Shown piece by piece: positions 1 through 8,782 of a stretch of DNA of 35,498 nt (position 1 is its first letter; each line of letters opens with the position of its first letter). A program made the position numbers and the translations under genes. The stretch is from an uncultured Chthonomonadaceae bacterium (GTDB taxonomy: Bacteria > Armatimonadota > Chthonomonadetes > Chthonomonadales > Chthonomonadaceae), in the NCBI GenBank assembly GCA_963835065.1, contig CAWIEK010000023.1, forward strand, positions 1 through 35,498, written 5' to 3'. The notes under the pieces are model-generated. The model worked only from the letters and a program-made list of their open reading frames with translations. It was not told the origin of the DNA and did no database searches.

Positions 1-139
1 GTAGTCACTAAAGTTCCCTGATTCGAGGAGTGGAAGCAACTACCTCCCCATTTCATTGTGAGAACTATTTTGGCGCTTGTCGGAACTATTTGGGCGGCGG
101 TTGCAGGACTTTTTTGCAACCGTGTTGTAGACACAAGCC

Positions 140-435
140 ATGAGCAACTCTCCCTCGCCCCGCAAGAAAAGTACCGCGCCATACCCGCGCCATTGCCCGT
201 GTGTTGCGCGAGACGCGTACTCTCAAAGAAAGTCTGGTGCGCGTGGGCAGCGGCAAGGACGCTTGCCAGCACGTCTTACGGCTAGCCGAAGTGTGGCATC
301 CAGGGCAGTGGTATCGCTACCTCACCCCTGTCCTCGATCCTAACGTGCTTCCCGCCGAAGTGGTGGTTGCCTTGTAATGGCAGCGCCGGCGCATTGAAGA
401 CGCCTTTCTGATTGTCAACCGGCTCTTGGGACTGC
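140..435 (+). pseudogene. IS4-family transposase remnant (internally deleted, nonsense codon)
   Basis: The frame from 192 reads IARVLRETRTLKESLVRVGSG...VLRLAEVWHPGQWYRYLTPVLDPNVLPAEVVVAL*WQRRRIEDAFLIVNRLLGL. This resembles the IS4 YLT..LDP and Y-x2-R-x3-E-x6-K region, with TAA at 375-377 replacing the Tyr. A possible N-terminal piece (MSNSPSPRKK) starts at 140 in another frame. Confidence 0.8.
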
Positions 436-549
436 TAACCTACCCTGCGAAAACATGAACACCCTGAATTTGAAACGCCCTCCCTAGGTGTTCGCAAGAA
501 AGGTTAGCAACCCGAACACCGAACACCGCATACGCAGGGAGGGTTAGCA
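433..549. repeat. Imperfect palindrome with internal heptamer repeats
   Basis: TGCTAACCTACCCTGCG (433-449) pairs with CGCAGGGAGGGTTAGCA (533-549). CCGAACA-CCGAACA-CCGCATA lies inside. Confidence 0.55.
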
Positions 550-573
550 ACTGCAAGTGTCGAATGTAGGGAT

Positions 574-2829
574 ATGAAACCCTACAAACTGGAAGCCCTG
601 GAATATCATAGCCGCCCGCCGCACGGCAAGCTGGAAATTACGCCCACCAAGCCCTGCCTGACACAGCGCGATCTGGCGCTCGCGTATACGCCCGGTGTGG
701 CCGAACCCTGCCGCGCCATACAGAAAAACCCGGAAGACGCTTTTCTGTACACGGCCAAAGGCAATCTCGTCGCTGTTATCACCAATGGAACCGCCGTTTT
801 GGGATTGGGCAACATCGGCGCGTTGGCGGGCAAGCCCGTGATGGAAGGCAAAGCCCTGCTGTTCAAGCGCTTTGCCGACCTGGACGCCATTGACCTCGAA
901 CTTGACACGGAAGACCCGGAACTGTTCATACAGGCCGTGAAAATCATGGAGCCGAGTTTCGGCGGCATCAATCTGGAAGACATCAAAGCGCCGGAATGTT
1001 TTATCATTGAGGAGCGGCTGCGGCGCGAAATGCGGATTCCGGTCTTTCACGACGATCAGCACGGCACGGCGATTATTTCCGGGGCCGCGCTGATGAACGC
1101 GCTGGAACTTGTCGGCAAAAACATTGAAGATGTGCGCGTCGTGTTCAGCGGCGCGGGCGCGGCGGCCATCGCTACCGCCCGCTTTTATCGACTGTTGGGC
1201 GCAAAGCCTGAAAACATCCTCATGGCGGATATTTTCGGCGTGATACGTCCTGGCCGCGAACCGGTTCCCAACTTCGCGCAGGTGGAATTCGCAAGGGAAA
1301 CGGAGGCGCGGACGCTTTCCGACGCGCTTGTTGGCGCGGATGTGTTTGTCGGCCTGTCGGCTGCCGGCATCGTGACAGCCGATATGGTAAAAAGCATGGC
1401 TGCCAGCCCCATCATTTTCGCGCTTGCCAACCCGGACGCGGAAATAGATTACGAGGACGCCAAAGCCGCGCGCCCGGACGCCATTGTGGCTACGGGGCGC
1501 TCCGATTATCCCAATCAGGTGAACAACGTGCTGGGCTTTCCGTTCCTGTTCCGGGGCGCGTTGGACGTGCGGGCGACGGAAATCAACGAAACAATGAAAA
1601 TCGCCGCGTCCAAAGCGCTTGCCGCACTCGCCCGCGAGGATGTTCCCGACGGCGTTGCCAAAGCGTACGGCCTTGCCGGGTTGCGCTTCGGCCCGGAATA
1701 TCTGATCCCCAAGCCGCTCGACCCGCGCGTTTTGCTGTGGGTTGCGCCCGCCATTGCCCGCGCCGCGATGGAATCAGGCGTGGCGCGGATTGCCATTGAT
1801 CTGGACAAATACGGCGAACAACTGGAAGCTCGGTTAGGCAAGTCCCGCGAAATGATGCGGATCGTGTTCAACAAGGCCAAAAGCGATCCGCGCCGCATTG
1901 TGCTTGCCGAAGGTGAACACGAAAAAATGATCCGCGCCGCCCATCAATTGATGGAAGAAAAATTGGCGCATCCCATTCTGCTCGGCGACCCGCGCAAAAT
2001 CGCCCATACCGCCGCTGCGATGCAGATAGACCTGCGCGACATTACCATCATTGACCCCGCCACGTTTGAGGGCCGCGAACGCTACATCGAACGCCTGCTC
2101 GCCCTGCGCGAACGCAAAGGCGTGACCCGGCGCGAAGCGCAGGAACTGCTGCTAAAGCCGGATTACTTCGGTTCCATCGCCGTCGAAATGCACGACGCGG
2201 ACGGCATGGTGACGGGCTTGACTTCGCACTATTCCGAAGGACTGCGCCCGCCCCTGCAAATCATTCGCACCGCGCCCGACACGCATACCGCTGCAGGCGT
2301 GTACCTTGTCGCCACCCGTCACCGCGTCCTCTTTTTCGCGGATACCACCGTCAACATTGACCCGGACGCGGAAACGCTGGCCGAAATCGCCTGCCTGACC
2401 GCGACCCTTGCCGAGAGTTTCGATGTGGAACCGCGTATCGCCATGCTGAGTTTTTCCAACTTCGGCAGCGTCCGCCATCCCCGTTCCGACAAGGTGCGGC
2501 AGGCGGTTGAAATCCTGCGCAAGCGCGACCCCAGTTTGCACGTTGACGGCGAAATGCAGGTCAACACCGCGCTCGTAGACGAAATTCTCAATGGCACGTA
2601 CCCCTTCAACCGCCTGGGAGCCGAAGCCAACGTGCTGATTTTCCCCAGCCTGGAAGCGGGCAACATCGGCTACAAACTGGTGCAGCAATTAGCGCAGGCG
2701 GAGGTGGTCGGGCCGATTCTGGTCGGGATGCGCAAGCCGGTTCACGTCCTGCAGCGCGACGACGAGGTGAAAGATATTGTAAACCTCGCCGCCCTCGCCG
2801 TCCTCGAAGCGCAAACCCGCACGGCGTAA
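574..2829 (+). CDS. maeB: NADP-dependent malic enzyme with C-terminal phosphotransacetylase-like domain
   Basis: 751 aa. Motifs AYTPGVA, NGTAVLGLG, GGINLEDI, FHDDQHGTA, GAGAA and TGRSDYPNQVNN, plus a PTA-like C-terminus (VDGEMQ, NVLIFPSLEAGNIGYK). Confidence 0.96.
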   Translation: MKPYKLEALEYHSRPPHGKLEITPTKPCLTQRDLALAYTPGVAEPCRAIQKNPEDAFLYTAKGNLVAVITNGTAVLGLGNIGALAGKPVMEGKALLFKRFADLDAIDLELDTEDPELFIQAVKIMEPSFGGINLEDIKAPECFIIEERLRREMRIPVFHDDQHGTAIISGAALMNALELVGKNIEDVRVVFSGAGAAAIATARFYRLLGAKPENILMADIFGVIRPGREPVPNFAQVEFARETEARTLSDALVGADVFVGLSAAGIVTADMVKSMAASPIIFALANPDAEIDYEDAKAARPDAIVATGRSDYPNQVNNVLGFPFLFRGALDVRATEINETMKIAASKALAALAREDVPDGVAKAYGLAGLRFGPEYLIPKPLDPRVLLWVAPAIARAAMESGVARIAIDLDKYGEQLEARLGKSREMMRIVFNKAKSDPRRIVLAEGEHEKMIRAAHQLMEEKLAHPILLGDPRKIAHTAAAMQIDLRDITIIDPATFEGRERYIERLLALRERKGVTRREAQELLLKPDYFGSIAVEMHDADGMVTGLTSHYSEGLRPPLQIIRTAPDTHTAAGVYLVATRHRVLFFADTTVNIDPDAETLAEIACLTATLAESFDVEPRIAMLSFSNFGSVRHPRSDKVRQAVEILRKRDPSLHVDGEMQVNTALVDEILNGTYPFNRLGAEANVLIFPSLEAGNIGYKLVQQLAQAEVVGPILVGMRKPVHVLQRDDEVKDIVNLAALAVLEAQTRTA

Positions 2830-2834
2830 TACAG

Positions 2835-3034
2835 AATACAGTTCACCACAGAGACACAGAGACACAGAGGTTTCACAGAGAGGGGAAATAGACAGGATTA
2901 ACAGGATTTTCAGGATTAAACAGGATTACTCAAGGAGAGAACAGGCATGTGGTTACTCCCTCTTCTCCTTTTCTTCTTTTCTTCTTTTCTCTGTGAAACC
3001 TCTGTGTCTCTGTGTCTCTGTGGTGAACTGTATT
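2835..3034. repeat. Perfect 47-bp inverted repeat with tandem-repeat arms between convergent genes; possible bidirectional terminator
   Basis: Arm 2835-2881 (AATACAGTTCACCACAGAGACACAGAGACACAGAGGTTTCACAGAGA) is the exact reverse complement of 2988-3034. The loop carries repeats of about 9 nt (CAGGATTAA-like). Confidence 0.9.
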
Positions 3035-3035
3035 T

Positions 3036-3857
3036 TTATGTTCCGAGCAGCGTGAAGTCGGTGATGTGGTGGGAGGCGAGGAGCCAGACGTACACATCGG
3101 TCAGGCCGACGGAACACATGCTAAGAAGGGCGTAGGTTCCGTGCTGTTCGTTGAGGAAGCTGACTTTGTTCCACAGGCCGTAGCGCGTTTTGTTGAGCGC
3201 GGAGCAGCTGTAGCAGTCGAGATTGCCGCCGATAAGATGCCGCCATGAGTGGCAGGAAAAGGTATACGCGGACAGCAAAAGGATGTTGCCCAAAAAGATC
3301 AGGGTTCCCAGATGGATACCGAAGTGGCGCGTTCCATTTGCGCCCGGAAAGAAGAACGCTTCTGCCGTGTCTTTCCACAACAGGACGATGAAAATCACCG
3401 CCGCGTAAAAAGCAAAACGGTGCAGGTTTTGCACGATGAGTGGAAACGCGCGTTCGCCCTGATAGCGCTTGTAGCGCAGCTTGTTCAGCCACGTCGGTTC
3501 CGCAACGGCGCATCCGGCGGGGTCGAGCAGGTAGGCGCGGTAAATGGCTTTGCGGTAATAGTAGCAGCTCAGGCGAAACATCAGGGGGAATGGCAAAATC
3601 AGCAGCGCGGGGGAAATGCTGTAAATGCCGATGTGCAGGCCGAGCTTGATGGTGGGGGAATAAAACGGCGACAGGTAGGGGCCGACTTCGTACAAATCGT
3701 TTTGAAAAGCCCGAAACGTGGCCCACATTCCGAACGCGGAAAACAGAATAAAGAAGGTGAGCGATCCCGTCCACCATTGGTCTTTGCGCTGTAAGGCAGG
3801 CGCAGGGTTGGCCTCGCGCGGCGTGGAAGCGGGAGCAGACGGAGTCACAGTAGCCAT
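3036..3857 (-). CDS. Succinate dehydrogenase Sdh1-type membrane anchor subunit (Rv0249c-like)
   Basis: Motifs YLSPFYSP, SPALLILPFPL.FRLSCYYYRKA, CAVAEP, FPLIVQNLHR, YTFSCHSWRHLIGG and VSFLNEQH. Several TM helices. GGAGG RBS before ATG 3857. Confidence 0.85.
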   Translation of the reverse strand: MATVTPSAPASTPREANPAPALQRKDQWWTGSLTFFILFSAFGMWATFRAFQNDLYEVGPYLSPFYSPTIKLGLHIGIYSISPALLILPFPLMFRLSCYYYRKAIYRAYLLDPAGCAVAEPTWLNKLRYKRYQGERAFPLIVQNLHRFAFYAAVIFIVLLWKDTAEAFFFPGANGTRHFGIHLGTLIFLGNILLLSAYTFSCHSWRHLIGGNLDCYSCSALNKTRYGLWNKVSFLNEQHGTYALLSMCSVGLTDVYVWLLASHHITDFTLLGT

Positions 3858-4008
3858 CACAAACCTCCGGGCGTAGAATAGATACAAGCGCGTCCGCGCC
3901 AGAGCAGAAGCGCCTTAACAATTTTAGCATATTCGTATGCTGAAAATGCCAAATGCGCCTGTATTTTGCCACTCTACGCTTACTTATCGCTCAAGTTTGC
4001 GGGTTTAT

Positions 4009-5043
4009 TCAGGCGCTTTGCGGCTGCGCTAACTGCTGCATGGCCGCCAGCCAATGCGCTTTGGATTTTGCGGTGGCGGACTGCCACGCTTCCGTCGTCC
4101 AGCGTTCGGGCTTGTCGCCGAGCAGGGCAACGGCAAGCAGGGCCATACTGCGCCGATCCTGAAAGCCGTACTGTTCCCGCGCTTTGTGTTCAAAAGCGGC
4201 TCGCGCCTGCGCCGCCGTCATTGTCTCGGAAAGCGGCGGTTCCGGCTTGTCTAACTCGGGGTTGCGCAGTTCGGGCGTGAGCAGTTCGGGTTCGGGTAAA
4301 ATCGGTTCTACTGGAACGTTCAGCGGCGTATTGAAAGAGGTTGTTTCCAAGGCCGTTGGCAGGGGTTCAAAATCAACAACAACGCTGCGCTCTTCTTCAT
4401 CCTGCGTGAAGAACTCGCTTGCGTTGACGGCCAGCAGCGTGGCGGCGATCAAAGCGCGTTTTTGTCCCATCTTCTGAATCGTATTTACCTGATCGGCAAC
4501 ATCAGGGTTGGGTATGCGCCCGACGGGTTGGGTTTCTATGGCCGCGTCGCCGTCCGCAAACTTCGCGCCGCAACCGCCCTTTTTCACAAAGCACAGCCAG
4601 CCGCCGCCGTACTCCGCTTTACCTTTGATAATGGCGTTTTTGCCGCATTGCGGACACACTCTTTGCGCATCACGCCAGCGATATTTCTGCTCGAAACTGT
4701 TGCAGCTTCCATCCCCTTCGGCAATCAAATGCGCGTCCCGCCACAGTTGGCAGCGATAGAGGTAGTAGAAGAAAGGTTCGCTTCCATGCTGTTCGCCCGT
4801 CCAATCCTCCTGTGAGCGAATAATTTCGAAGCGCGTGGTCAGGCCGAACAGAGTACAGAGTTTTTCCGCGCCGGGTTTGAGCAGCGTGGGCTTGGGCGTA
4901 CCGGGGATGCAGCCAAAGTCCACGCCCGGCTTCATGGCTTCGCGCACAAATTCTACGATAGCAAACCGCCGCTGTACCGCTTCCGTTACTGACAGCGCCG
5001 GCATGAACGATCCCGCCCCAACCGACACCAGTTCGTTGCTCAT
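4009..5043 (-). CDS. Phage-type putative DNA annealing/recombination protein with Cys4 zinc-ribbon insert
   Basis: Motifs DFGCIPGTPKPTLLKPGAEKL, EGDGSCNSFE.KYR and NTIQKMGQKRALIAA resemble prophage replication/recombination-module proteins. CPQC...WLC...GGC insert. GGAGG RBS before ATG 5043. The function is inferred. Confidence 0.55.
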   Translation of the reverse strand: MSNELVSVGAGSFMPALSVTEAVQRRFAIVEFVREAMKPGVDFGCIPGTPKPTLLKPGAEKLCTLFGLTTRFEIIRSQEDWTGEQHGSEPFFYYLYRCQLWRDAHLIAEGDGSCNSFEQKYRWRDAQRVCPQCGKNAIIKGKAEYGGGWLCFVKKGGCGAKFADGDAAIETQPVGRIPNPDVADQVNTIQKMGQKRALIAATLLAVNASEFFTQDEEERSVVVDFEPLPTALETTSFNTPLNVPVEPILPEPELLTPELRNPELDKPEPPLSETMTAAQARAAFEHKAREQYGFQDRRSMALLAVALLGDKPERWTTEAWQSATAKSKAHWLAAMQQLAQPQSA

Positions 5044-5086
5044 TTTCCTGCCTCCCCCATGCTGAAGAACAGCAATGTACCCGACA

Positions 5087-5115
5087 ATTATACACCTATT
5101 TGGTAGGAGAATCAA
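5087..5115 (-). promoter_or_regulatory. Sigma70-type promoter for the 4009-5043 gene
   Basis: Minus strand TTGATT-N17-TATAAT, with -10 at 5087-5092 and -35 at 5110-5115. Confidence 0.6.
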
Positions 5116-5219
5116 TAGCAGGAAATCTGACGACGCAGGCGCAGCAACACATATAAAGAAAGCCCTGGTATTCACAAAGCTATCAGTACCAAAGAACACG
5201 AACGTCTGAAATATGGTTT

Positions 5220-5654
5220 TCAGACGTTCGTGTTCTTTCCAGCATTTGCCGATGAATTATCAGGCGCTTCCCATTCAAACCCCAGCGTTTTCAACTCTGT
5301 ACGAATACCGGCAAACGCTTCGTCATGGAAACGAATTGTCCTGCTGCGGTCATAACGTACCAGATCGTAGCGGGCGCTGCGGCTTGCTTCCTCTAATCTC
5401 CGATAACGGGCATACACAACTTTTAGATTATCTTTGATGTACTCGTCTCTGTCGTAGTGAGAATTAAACTTTCTATCAGGATGCTTTGTTGTGGCGTAGG
5501 CATTTACCAGATGCACCGCAGAGTAGAAAAGGAAAACGATTGCCCAATTCAGATACTCCTGCCGGTCAAGAGCGTTCTGATAGCGGCAATAGTTATCGTA
5601 GGCTTCCTGCAAATGTTCCCTTGACCGGCTGTTCGTTGTTTTTGGAGCAGGCAT
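5220..5654 (-). CDS. HEPN-like domain protein
   Basis: 144 aa, helical. The pattern EHLQEAYDN...WAIVFLFYSAVHLVNAY...SHYDR...YRRLEEASRSARY is typical of small HEPN-superfamily proteins. Confidence 0.6.
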   Translation of the reverse strand: MPAPKTTNSRSREHLQEAYDNYCRYQNALDRQEYLNWAIVFLFYSAVHLVNAYATTKHPDRKFNSHYDRDEYIKDNLKVVYARYRRLEEASRSARYDLVRYDRSRTIRFHDEAFAGIRTELKTLGFEWEAPDNSSANAGKNTNV

Positions 5655-5665
5655 CTATTCTGCTC

Positions 5666-6037
5666 CTATGCGCCGGAGGCACTTTCTAAGACATGCACAT
5701 GCAGTTGTGCCGAGGGATATTTGTCATAGATACGCAGTTCCAAATCAAACACCTCATCGGCCTTTGCAGCCAGCAGGTCGGGCACTGTGACAACGATGGT
5801 TTTTTCGCTCCACGAGTCGCCGCCACTGACACGAACCTGTACGCCTTCTATCTTCTGAGCAGACAGGTAAAAATCGTGGTTCGCCAACGCTGTCGGCGTC
5901 GGAACGGCAGGGCTGCCGCAAACAGCGCATTGTTCTGCACATTCACACATATGCGTCTCTTCTTCCAAAATGGCAGTAGAAGGAACAGCAGGAGTAGGTT
6001 CAGGAGACACTTTGGGTTCGATCTCGATTGCAGACAT
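5666..6037 (-). CDS. Hypothetical protein, putative antitoxin-like partner of the HEPN-like gene
   Basis: GAGGAGG RBS before ATG 6037. Ends 11 bp upstream of the HEPN-like gene. Acidic, with a Cys cluster (CECAEQCAVC) and a C-terminal alpha/beta segment. Confidence 0.55.
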   Translation of the reverse strand: MSAIEIEPKVSPEPTPAVPSTAILEEETHMCECAEQCAVCGSPAVPTPTALANHDFYLSAQKIEGVQVRVSGGDSWSEKTIVVTVPDLLAAKADEVFDLELRIYDKYPSAQLHVHVLESASGA

Positions 6038-6079
6038 CGTTTCCTCCTCGCGGAATTGCAGGCACAAGGTTACAGGCTC

Positions 6080-6108
6080 AGTATAGCCATGTTTTTGCGC
6101 CTTGTCAA
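6080..6108 (-). promoter_or_regulatory. Near-consensus sigma70 promoter for the 6037-5220 gene pair
   Basis: Minus strand TTGACA-N17-TATACT. Confidence 0.7.
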
Positions 6109-6109
6109 A

Positions 6110-7420
6110 CTACTCTACTTCCGCGCCTTTACGGTGCAGGACGAGGCGGGCGGGAGTGTCGGCATTGGTGGGGAAGCGCAGCGTGAGTTTGCGCCACGCG
6201 GCCACGTTGACGATAATGCCGCTTGCGCCGATGGGATGAATGGCTTTGGCGTCGGACGCGAACACCCAACTTTTAGCCGCCCCGGATAGGCTGACCGCAA
6301 ATTCGCCGCGCGGCAAATATATCCAGAAGTCAGCCTTGCCGTCACGGGAAGGCAGGGGGCAGGTGTAGATAATGTCGGCTGCGCCTTGCAGCGAGGCTTG
6401 AACCCCGCGCAGAAAGTCGGGAGCCTGCACAAACGTTCCCTGCGCTTTGGGAGCCGTGTAGGAAAGCGCGTTTATTAACGCGCTTGTGCCGTTTACGCGG
6501 TCTACGTAGAGGGCGAGTCCGGTGTACAAATCCATTGCGCCCGCGTCCCGCTTTGCCAATCCGGTTTCCGTAATCCCATCGCGGGCAATACGCTGAATGA
6601 GGGGCGTGTCCTGCCGCGCTATATAGTCGGCAATGTCGTCCGGTTTGGCGAACGGCACGTCCTCGGCCTTGATCTTCCCGCTTTGCAGTTCCTCGCTTAT
6701 CCACTGCTGAAACAAGCGTTCGCCCAACACGCCATTTGCCCACTCTTCCGGCGCTTTGAAGCCCGACACGCCCGGCAGAATATAGTGCCCGTACTCGTGC
6801 GCCAGTTCGCGCGTCCACTCCCCGCCCCGCCGTTCGGCAAAGATGTTGAAAATGTAGATTTGATTTTTGAACTGTTCGCCGCCCGCATCCGGCGAACTGC
6901 TCGACAGCGCCTGCCCACTCAGCCACACATCTACGGTTTGATGAAAGGGATGATCAGTATGCAGGCGGCTTGTGTTGAGGCCATAGAGGAGCAGCAGCAG
7001 GCGGGCTGCGCGTTTTACAAGGGGCACGGCTTCCATTTCGGGCGCATGAACCACAAACCGCCGCGTGTAATTGACGGGCTGATTGGTGGAAGCGCCTGCC
7101 GCTAATTCCCCGACATACACATAGCAGGCGGCATGGTAGCGCTGCTTGTACTTTTCGTCCGTGTCCTTTTGCATTCCATGCGGAAACAACAGAAGGCCGG
7201 GAGTGGGCGCGGCAACCACTTCTTTATCCGCGTCCTGCATATCTACTGCGGACGGCAGCAACTGCGTCGGCAGCCCCTGCGCCCGAACACCAGTGGAACA
7301 GCAACAGAAATATACAAGCAGCAACGCAATTTTCAAGATAAGGGGAAAGATATAGCGGCCCTGCTTCTCAAGAGAGTAATCAGGCATGTTTAAGGAAGTT
7401 GGAGCATCGGATTGTCTCAT
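6110..7420 (-). CDS. Secreted hypothetical protein with HExxH zinc-metallopeptidase-like motif
   Basis: N-terminal hydrophobic signal ending VRA-Q. Motif RELAHEYGH followed by EEWANG. The start may be 7387. Confidence 0.6.
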   Translation of the reverse strand: MRQSDAPTSLNMPDYSLEKQGRYIFPLILKIALLLVYFCCCSTGVRAQGLPTQLLPSAVDMQDADKEVVAAPTPGLLLFPHGMQKDTDEKYKQRYHAACYVYVGELAAGASTNQPVNYTRRFVVHAPEMEAVPLVKRAARLLLLLYGLNTSRLHTDHPFHQTVDVWLSGQALSSSSPDAGGEQFKNQIYIFNIFAERRGGEWTRELAHEYGHYILPGVSGFKAPEEWANGVLGERLFQQWISEELQSGKIKAEDVPFAKPDDIADYIARQDTPLIQRIARDGITETGLAKRDAGAMDLYTGLALYVDRVNGTSALINALSYTAPKAQGTFVQAPDFLRGVQASLQGAADIIYTCPLPSRDGKADFWIYLPRGEFAVSLSGAAKSWVFASDAKAIHPIGASGIIVNVAAWRKLTLRFPTNADTPARLVLHRKGAEVE

Positions 7421-7490
7421 TATATCTTTTATACGTATCTTGCCTTCAGCTTATTTGCGGGTAAAGGGGATTAAATCTTTTCCTTCGGTC

Positions 7491-8291
7491 TCAATGCCCT
7501 TTATCCGGCGGCGCCGGTACAGCGTTCTTGGTTTTGTCTACAGGGGGAGTTGCTTGCGTGTGCCATGAGGTCGCCGCTGTCAACGCCCAAAGTATGACAA
7601 TCACCGCATAGCCACAAAGCTGGAAGCGCTTTCCTGCTCCCGATTGTTTCATGTCGCGCGGCGTCAGGTGCTGACCGGAAATACACCAGTAGAACACCAA
7701 TCCCAATCCAAGAACGCAGCCAAGCGCCGGGAAAATCCTCATGTCATTGATGGTTTTCAGAGCCGCAACAAGGCAGCCGGCACAGGCGACAAGAATGGAT
7801 GAAAACCAGCTGAGGTGTTGATAAACGTGTAAAGCCAATTGGATGCCAAACTCCTGCGCGTCTTCGTCAATTATATGTCGCCCGCCACTTACGCTAAATA
7901 TCGGCGAGGGCTTCGGGCAGGAGACGATTGCATGCGTTTGTGGAGTTAATGAGGGCGGGGGCGCGGTAACACTTACCGGGACAAGTGAGGAGGAAGCGCT
8001 TTCGGCGGGTGTGGCAGCCGTAGAATTACCTGGGGGAAGTAGAGCGTTTATATTGGGCTGCGCAACCGGGGGAGGCACAGGGGCAGTCCCGGCCTGCGCG
8101 TTGGCAAGTGTCTGCGACACAGAAGACGAGGGCGGCGTTCTCTGAATCGTCGGTGTTGGCTCCTGTTCCATGGAAGCGACAATTTTGGGAATGCAGTTGC
8201 GAATGTAAACTTCAACAGGAGTTCCGAGAAGCTGCATAATCAAAGCAAGCAGGAATGGAATGGAAATTATTAAGGCTTCTTCACCAGACAT
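7491..8291 (-). CDS. Membrane protein: N-terminal TM, Pro/Ser/Thr-rich linker, about 3 C-terminal TMs
   Basis: Hydrophobic stretches are visible in the translation. GGAGG RBS. Starts 20 bp downstream of the 8312-8782 gene. Confidence 0.7.
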   Translation of the reverse strand: MSGEEALIISIPFLLALIMQLLGTPVEVYIRNCIPKIVASMEQEPTPTIQRTPPSSSVSQTLANAQAGTAPVPPPVAQPNINALLPPGNSTAATPAESASSSLVPVSVTAPPPSLTPQTHAIVSCPKPSPIFSVSGGRHIIDEDAQEFGIQLALHVYQHLSWFSSILVACAGCLVAALKTINDMRIFPALGCVLGLGLVFYWCISGQHLTPRDMKQSGAGKRFQLCGYAVIVILWALTAATSWHTQATPPVDKTKNAVPAPPDKGH

Positions 8292-8311
8292 GCTTGCCTC
8301 CTGATTATGAA

Positions 8312-8782
8312 CTAGTCCTGCTGTACATTTCCTTGAAGCGCAAAGGCTTCCTGCGCCGTATCGGCAGTCGCTGTCGTCGCCAAATCAATTTCAATACTTA
8401 AGTTGCAGTTGCGCTCATTAGCATTAGGCCGCCAGCAGAGTACAGTCGGAACGCTTTCTTCGTAGTAGCAGGGGGGAAGCGTCTTCTTCCAAGAATCGGT
8501 TCGTTGATCCGGCTGGCAAATAGGCGGTGTGGCGGTCCGTTGCGCAATTCCAACTGCGCCGGCGTTGACTGCATATTGGACGTTGATGGTCGGCCTCGCC
8601 CGAAAGGCATGGCTCGTAACCGTCAAAAAATGCCTGGCGTGAATAGTGTCCTGGGAGGACAGTTGGCATGTATACTCGTTGTTTTGAGGTTGCTCGACAT
8701 TTTGTTCAATGCTGACCCGTAATCGGGTCCACTTTTGCGGCTCGCGCTTCCAGTTGATGGTTGTCATATTGATGGTCGTCAT
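8312..8782 (-). CDS. Hypothetical protein (beta-rich), translationally coupled to the upstream PIN-like gene
   Basis: ATGA start/stop overlap at 8779-8782 with the 638-aa ORF. Confidence 0.65.
   Translation of the reverse strand: MTTINMTTINWKREPQKWTRLRVSIEQNVEQPQNNEYTCQLSSQDTIHARHFLTVTSHAFRARPTINVQYAVNAGAVGIAQRTATPPICQPDQRTDSWKKTLPPCYYEESVPTVLCWRPNANERNCNLSIEIDLATTATADTAQEAFALQGNVQQD

Noticed and set aside
544..2688. Long antisense or alternative-frame ORFs over maeB (similarly over the GT genes, the protease and dnaE)
   Set aside because: These are shadow ORFs of GC-rich coding sequence. The opposite frame carries the recognisable family motifs.
2947..3135. 62-aa ORF MWLLPLLLFFFSSFLCETSVSLCLCG
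   Set aside because: It is a translation of the palindromic repeat arm and overlaps the minus-strand gene.
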